Of a stretch of DNA of 24,206 nt, positions 20,148-24,206 are shown in pieces. A program made the translations under genes and the position numbers. Location: the NCBI RefSeq assembly GCF_003334315.1, contig NZ_QOWR01000065.1; one strand, given 5' to 3'. The notes beneath the pieces were generated by a model, which was given only the letters and a program-made list of their open reading frames with translations, did no database searches and was not told where the DNA came from. The DNA comes from Escherichia coli. GTDB lineage: Bacteria; Pseudomonadota; Gammaproteobacteria; Enterobacterales; Enterobacteriaceae. The first letter of the stretch is position 1; every line of letters begins with the position of its first letter.

Positions 20148-20506
20148 AAAGTCCTGTCCAGAAAGAAGTCGGCCTCGCAAAAATGAATAAACCCAGTTTC
20201 TCTTGCGCAACAGGTGGAGAAGTCGAATACGCAGTATGTAAAAAATGAGGCAACAGATTCACTGGGGAGGTCGCGAGGAGGCGCAATTCTACAAAATTGC
20301 GCATTTCACTACCAGTCTGGAGTCAGCCCGGATATGAACTGCAACTATTGCAAATAAAGAAATTAAGCTGGAAGGCATCGCGCAATGAGGAAGATTGCCG
20401 GGTGCTGACAGTAAAAAGCAATCGTAGAATCAGCGGCAAGCCGGAAAGGTTCCGGTGAGGCGCAATGTTGCGGGGGCTTTATCCCTGGTGGCATTGGTTG
20501 CTGGAG

Positions 20507-20574
20507 AGAGAAAACCCCCGCACGTTGCAGGTATGCACCTGACAACACCACGGGGGCTAATCTTGACTCTAGAC
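20507..20574 (-). ncRNA. rdlD: Rdl antisense RNA, antitoxin of the ldrD type I toxin-antitoxin pair
   Basis: The minus strand reads GTCTAGAGTCAAGATTAGCCCCCGTGG...GCGGGGGTTTTCTCT, a stem-loop ending in a U-tract, upstream of and antisense to the ldrD leader. Ends are approximate. Confidence 0.6.
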
Positions 20575-20622
20575 CACTCAAGAATAGCCGCGAAACGTTG
20601 TCATTACAACACAGGCGGCTAT

Positions 20623-20730
20623 ATGACGTTCGCAGAGCTGGGCATGGCCTTCTGGCATGATTTAGCGGCTCCGGTCATTGCTGGCATTCTTGCCAGTATG
20701 ATCGTGAACTGGCTGAATAAGCGGAAGTAA
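20623..20730 (+). CDS. ldrD: Ldr-family type I toxin, 35-aa membrane peptide
   Basis: MTFAELGMAFWHDLAAPVIAGILASMIVNWLNKRK is a full-length Ldr peptide. It is the C-terminal part of the 91-aa ORF 20455-20730 in the track. Confidence 0.85.
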   Translation: MTFAELGMAFWHDLAAPVIAGILASMIVNWLNKRK

Positions 20731-20780
20731 CGTGTCATGCGGGCGTCAGGCTGCCGTAATGGCAATTTGCGCCCGGATCA

Positions 20781-20811
20781 GGCCGCAGAGGTTAAACTCT
20801 GCGGCCTTTTT
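20781..20811 (+). terminator. Rho-independent terminator after ldrD
   Basis: GGCCGCAGAG-GTTAAA-CTCTGCGGCC is a perfect 10-bp stem followed by TTTTT. It lies 6 bp from the bcsG stop on the opposite strand. Confidence 0.75.
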
Positions 20812-20816
20812 AGTGC

Positions 20817-22496
20817 TTACTGCGGGTAAGGCACCCAGTCGCCGCCGTTCAGGCGAACGTACGGTTTATCCTGGTATTGAATAACTACTGCATTTGAGTT
20901 CTCGGAGACCGGTGCTGTTTGTGGCAACCCACTGGTGAGTTTTTTCCAGTCAACATTGTCTTCGGTGAAAATCTTGCCATCAAGAACGCGAACCACCAGA
21001 TCGGAGATAGCCAGGAAGCTGCTCGGTTGGTCGATGACAATCGGTGCCCCCTGATGTGGTGCCTTCATGCCGAAGAATTTCACCCCAACGGGGACGTCTG
21101 TGATAGACGGGCTAGGGATATCACGTAGGCCAGATACCTGCATTCTGTCGCCCTTCAGCGCGCCGCCGTGTTCCGGCACCACGACCACCATCACTTTACG
21201 ACCCGATTTCTCCAGTTCAGTAAAGAAGGCGTCCAGTTCATCAAAGAATTTCTGCGCCCGCGCTTTGTAATCCGCTGTTTTGCTGACCCCCGGATAATGG
21301 TTGCCGTCATGCAGTGGAAGCGTGTTGTAGAACGTGGCACTACGGCTGTTTTTATCTTTTTCGGTAACGTCCAGCCAGCGGTTAAGCACGGCGGTATCGT
21401 CATAAACCGGCGAACCATCAAAGCCCAGCAAAATAACCGGCAGATTTGTTTGATCCATCAATTCAGTCTGCATGCCGCCATTTTCGCGAACTTCTTTCAA
21501 AAAACCGCCGAACTGGCCGTTATGTCCCATCATCAGGTGCTGGGTAAAGCCCAGTTTCGAAAGGTTATCAAACAGATAGCAGTCGTTATTTGCCGGTTGA
21601 TACAGATTAGTGTGCGAAGTCTGCCCGCAGCTGGCGCGCAGTAAACGGATCGCCGCCGGGCCACTGTAGGAGGTGGCGGAGTTAAAGTTCTTGAACTCAA
21701 TATCGAAATGCGACCACAGTGGATGCGACATCAACCCGGCGGCTTCTATATCCGACCAGGAAAGCGAACAGATGTTAATCACCAGTAGTTCAAATGGCTG
21801 AGCATCAGCGGGCAGCGAAGACGGGAAGGTCGATTTACGTTTCGCCTCCGCGTTATAGAAATTATTCAGCCAGGCGTTAAGGTTCGCCGTTGTTGGCGGT
21901 GCAGTTTGTGCGGGCATATCACCCACTACCGGTGCGCCACCCGTCGCCGCAACGGTTGCCGCTGCGTTACCACCCGTCGTTGTTACAGTGGTCGTCGGTT
22001 GTCCGGCTGGCCACAAGGAGAAACTTGGTCCCGCCAGGGTAAGTACGTTCAGCCATAGCAGTATGGCAACCACAAAAACAGTAATGCGAATCCATTGTGA
22101 CAGGAATAACCAGGCCACTAATAAAACAAAAATGGCCCCAATCATCTGCCAGTTAATAAAGCGTGTGACAAGGTCGATTAAATAATCGGTACTGAACCCC
22201 GCCACCTGCGAACCCTGGCTCATTATGCTTTCCGGGCCAGGCAACCAGGTGTCATGCCAGAACAAAGCAAAGCCGATCGGCAGGGCAATCCAGTGGCGCA
22301 AGCGATGCAGGCTGTAGCGCGGAATGGGCATCAGCAGAAACGCGGCAAACACCAAATTGAGGAGCGGATGGAAGTTAAGATATCCCGCCCACAACAGGCC
22401 GAACTTAACCAGAAAATAGAAGTTCCAGCCGGAAAGGCCGCGCCAGTATTGCCAGAGGGAAGAAGGCATGGCGGTATTTTGCGTAAATTGAGTCAT
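20817..22496 (-). CDS. bcsG: Cellulose phosphoethanolamine transferase BcsG, 559 aa
   Basis: N-terminal transmembrane region and a C-terminal alkaline-phosphatase-like domain. ATGA overlap with the bcsF stop. Confidence 0.9.
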
Positions 22497-22684
22497 TTTT
22501 TGGTTGCCCTGGCTTTTTCCGTGCGGCGTAACGTCCCGGCCGGTTTAACATAACGAGGTTTAGCAAAGAACAAACGTAAGGTGTCGCGAATGCGTCGCAA
22601 AGAGTGCCGCGCCAGATAGCCCAGCGGGAAAAATATCAGTGCGCAAACGACAATAATTTCAATGATATCGCTGATGGTCATCAT
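22493..22684 (-). CDS. bcsF: Small membrane protein BcsF, 63 aa
   Basis: 63-aa peptide with a single transmembrane segment, bracketed by ATGA overlaps with bcsE and bcsG. Confidence 0.85.
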
Positions 22685-23753
22685 GATGAGCGCTCCACAG
22701 CATCATCTAACAGTCGCATGGGTTCTGGTATTCGTCGCCAGTGGCGACCATCGTGCTCGGCATTGATGACCGGTTTAGAACTTTGCGTTAAAGGCAGCGG
22801 CATGCCCCATTGTTCTGGGGCAAGCAAGCGCATCTGCACCAGCTCGGCACTGATTTGATCATCTTCAAACCAGACCATACGGTTTGAGAAAATGTCGCCA
22901 GTAGGCAATGGGAAAATATGATTCAACGCGGTATCCAGATCGTTAATCCGACAGAATGAGAGAAACAGCACCAGCCGATTACCGCCAATGGTCATGATAT
23001 CGCCGGTACGGTTAGGGCGACACAGCGTCAGGGCTTGTTCAACGCGGATACCCGGTACCGGACGTAGGGCAACCAGAACGCCTTTACCGTGGGCAGGTAA
23101 TAGAGGGTTATTCATCATGTTGTTGACGGCATTACAGAACACATCCCACTTCTGGAAACCACGCAGTTTGAGCGGCTGGGTCATTGACAGCAAGGTAGTG
23201 ATATCTTCCGGCACATAGCGACTAAACTTCTGCCCTTGCACGCTTTCGATCATCGTCAGACAACGGGAGAGTGGCGCATTCCACGGAATAACCATATTTG
23301 CACCGCAGGCCAATAACAAACGTTCATCGGTGGCGCGCAGGCTAGCGGTATTTTCCCGCACGAGGATTTTCATCGCACTACCGCGCTGGCGACGCAGGGT
23401 ATGAATGCTGCGGGCCAGTGGCTCGATTTGCGCATTTTGCTGTAAAGAAAAGACCACCGTCGCCGCCTGAGCGGTACGGGCTTCATTGAACAGGACTTCG
23501 TTATTGTTGAACAGTTGCCAGTGTTCCGATAGCGGCGGCGCACCTTCCAGTACAGCAACATTACTCAGAATGCGTTTTTCGTCGCTGCGTGGTTGGATCT
23601 CCGCCTCTTCGCTTTGAACTAATGTCCAGATACCATTTTGTTGCTGAACGCTAAGCTGCTGACGGGCGCTGACCCCTTTTTCGTTGCACCAGAAGGCAAT
23701 ATCCAGCAAATGTTGGTCACCCTGAAAACGCAAACTGGCAAGACCAAAAAGTG
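22681..23753 (-). pseudogene. bcsE: bcsE truncated by IS1: only the C-terminal 350 codons of the roughly 523-aa protein remain
   Basis: The reading frame continues without a start codon up to the IS1 terminus at 23754. The ORF-track M at 23733 is a TTG inside the native frame (...LFGLASLRFQGDQHLLD...). The 5' part of the gene must lie beyond the IS1 copy, outside the window. Confidence 0.85.
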
Positions 23754-24206
23754 GGTAATGACTCCAACTTATTGATAGTGTTTTATGTTCAGATAATGCC
23801 CGATGACTTTGTCATGCAGCTCCACCGATTTTGAGAACGACAGCGACTTCCGTCCCAGCCGTGCCAGGTGCTGCCTCAGATTCAGGTTATGCCGCTCAAT
23901 TCGCTGCGTATATCGCTTGCTGATTACGTGCAGCTTTCCCTTCAGGCGGGATTCATACAGCGGCCAGCCATCCGTCATCCATATCACCACGTCAAAGGGT
24001 GACAGCAGGCTCATAAGACGCCCCAGCGTCGCCATAGTGCGTTCACCGAATACGTGCGCAACAACCGTCTTCCGGAGCCTGTCATACGCGTAAAACAGCC
24101 AGCGCTGGCGCGATTTAGCCCCGACATAGCCCCACTGTTCGTCCATTTCCGCGCAGACGATGACGTCACTGCCCGGCTGTATGCGCGAGGTTACCGACTG
24201 CGGCCT
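23754..24206 (-). mobile_element. IS1 insertion sequence, partial (window ends inside the element)
   Basis: The terminal inverted repeat GGTAATGACTCCAACTTATTGATAGTGTTTTATGTTCAGATAATGCCCGATGAC starts exactly at 23754, and the adjacent ORF encodes IS1 InsB. About 453 of 768 bp are visible. Confidence 0.95.
23769..24206 (-). CDS. insB: IS1 transposase InsB (5' end beyond window)
   Basis: Translation [48 protein letters not shown]...[15 protein letters not shown] matches IS1 InsB. The frame stays open to the window edge. Confidence 0.9.
   Translation of the reverse strand, partial: RPQSVTSRIQPGSDVIVCAEMDEQWGYVGAKSRQRWLFYAYDRLRKTVVAHVFGERTMATLGRLMSLLSPFDVVIWMTDGWPLYESRLKGKLHVISKRYTQRIERHNLNLRQHLARLGRKSLSFSKSVELHDKVIGHYLNIKHYQ

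Noticed and set aside
20455-20730. 91-aa ORF
   Set aside because: Only the last 35 codons correspond to the Ldr toxin. The upstream part overlaps the antisense Rdl RNA region and has no RBS.
21168-21644. 158-aa ORF on the plus strand
   Set aside because: Antisense inside bcsG with no independent support.

Overview
This window is a chromosomal segment of Escherichia coli / Shigella, collinear with the K-12 region hokA-cspA-yiaG-yiaF-ghrB-yiaD-bisC-yiaC-tag-yhjY-yhjX-eptB-proK-dppABCDF-yhjV-ldrD/rdlD-bcsGFE. Gene identities are recognised from the translated ORFs and from memory of K-12; no database search was run. Almost all of it is conserved core genome with intact genes of the expected lengths. 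I do not see a novel multi-gene system (no defence island, prophage, CRISPR array or foreign cargo). The one clear accessory event is an IS1 copy, cut off by the window end, inserted into bcsE so that only its 3' 350 codons remain next to bcsF-bcsG. The other structure worth a second look is a perfect 108-bp tandem duplication directly downstream of tRNA-Pro (proK) that copies the last 19 nt of the tRNA and its terminator. Two type I toxin-antitoxin loci (hokA at the left edge, ldrD/rdlD between yhjV and bcsG), REP/BIME clusters and several recognisable regulatory sites are also present. Start codons were adjusted from the ORF track where the K-12 product is shorter than the longest ORF.
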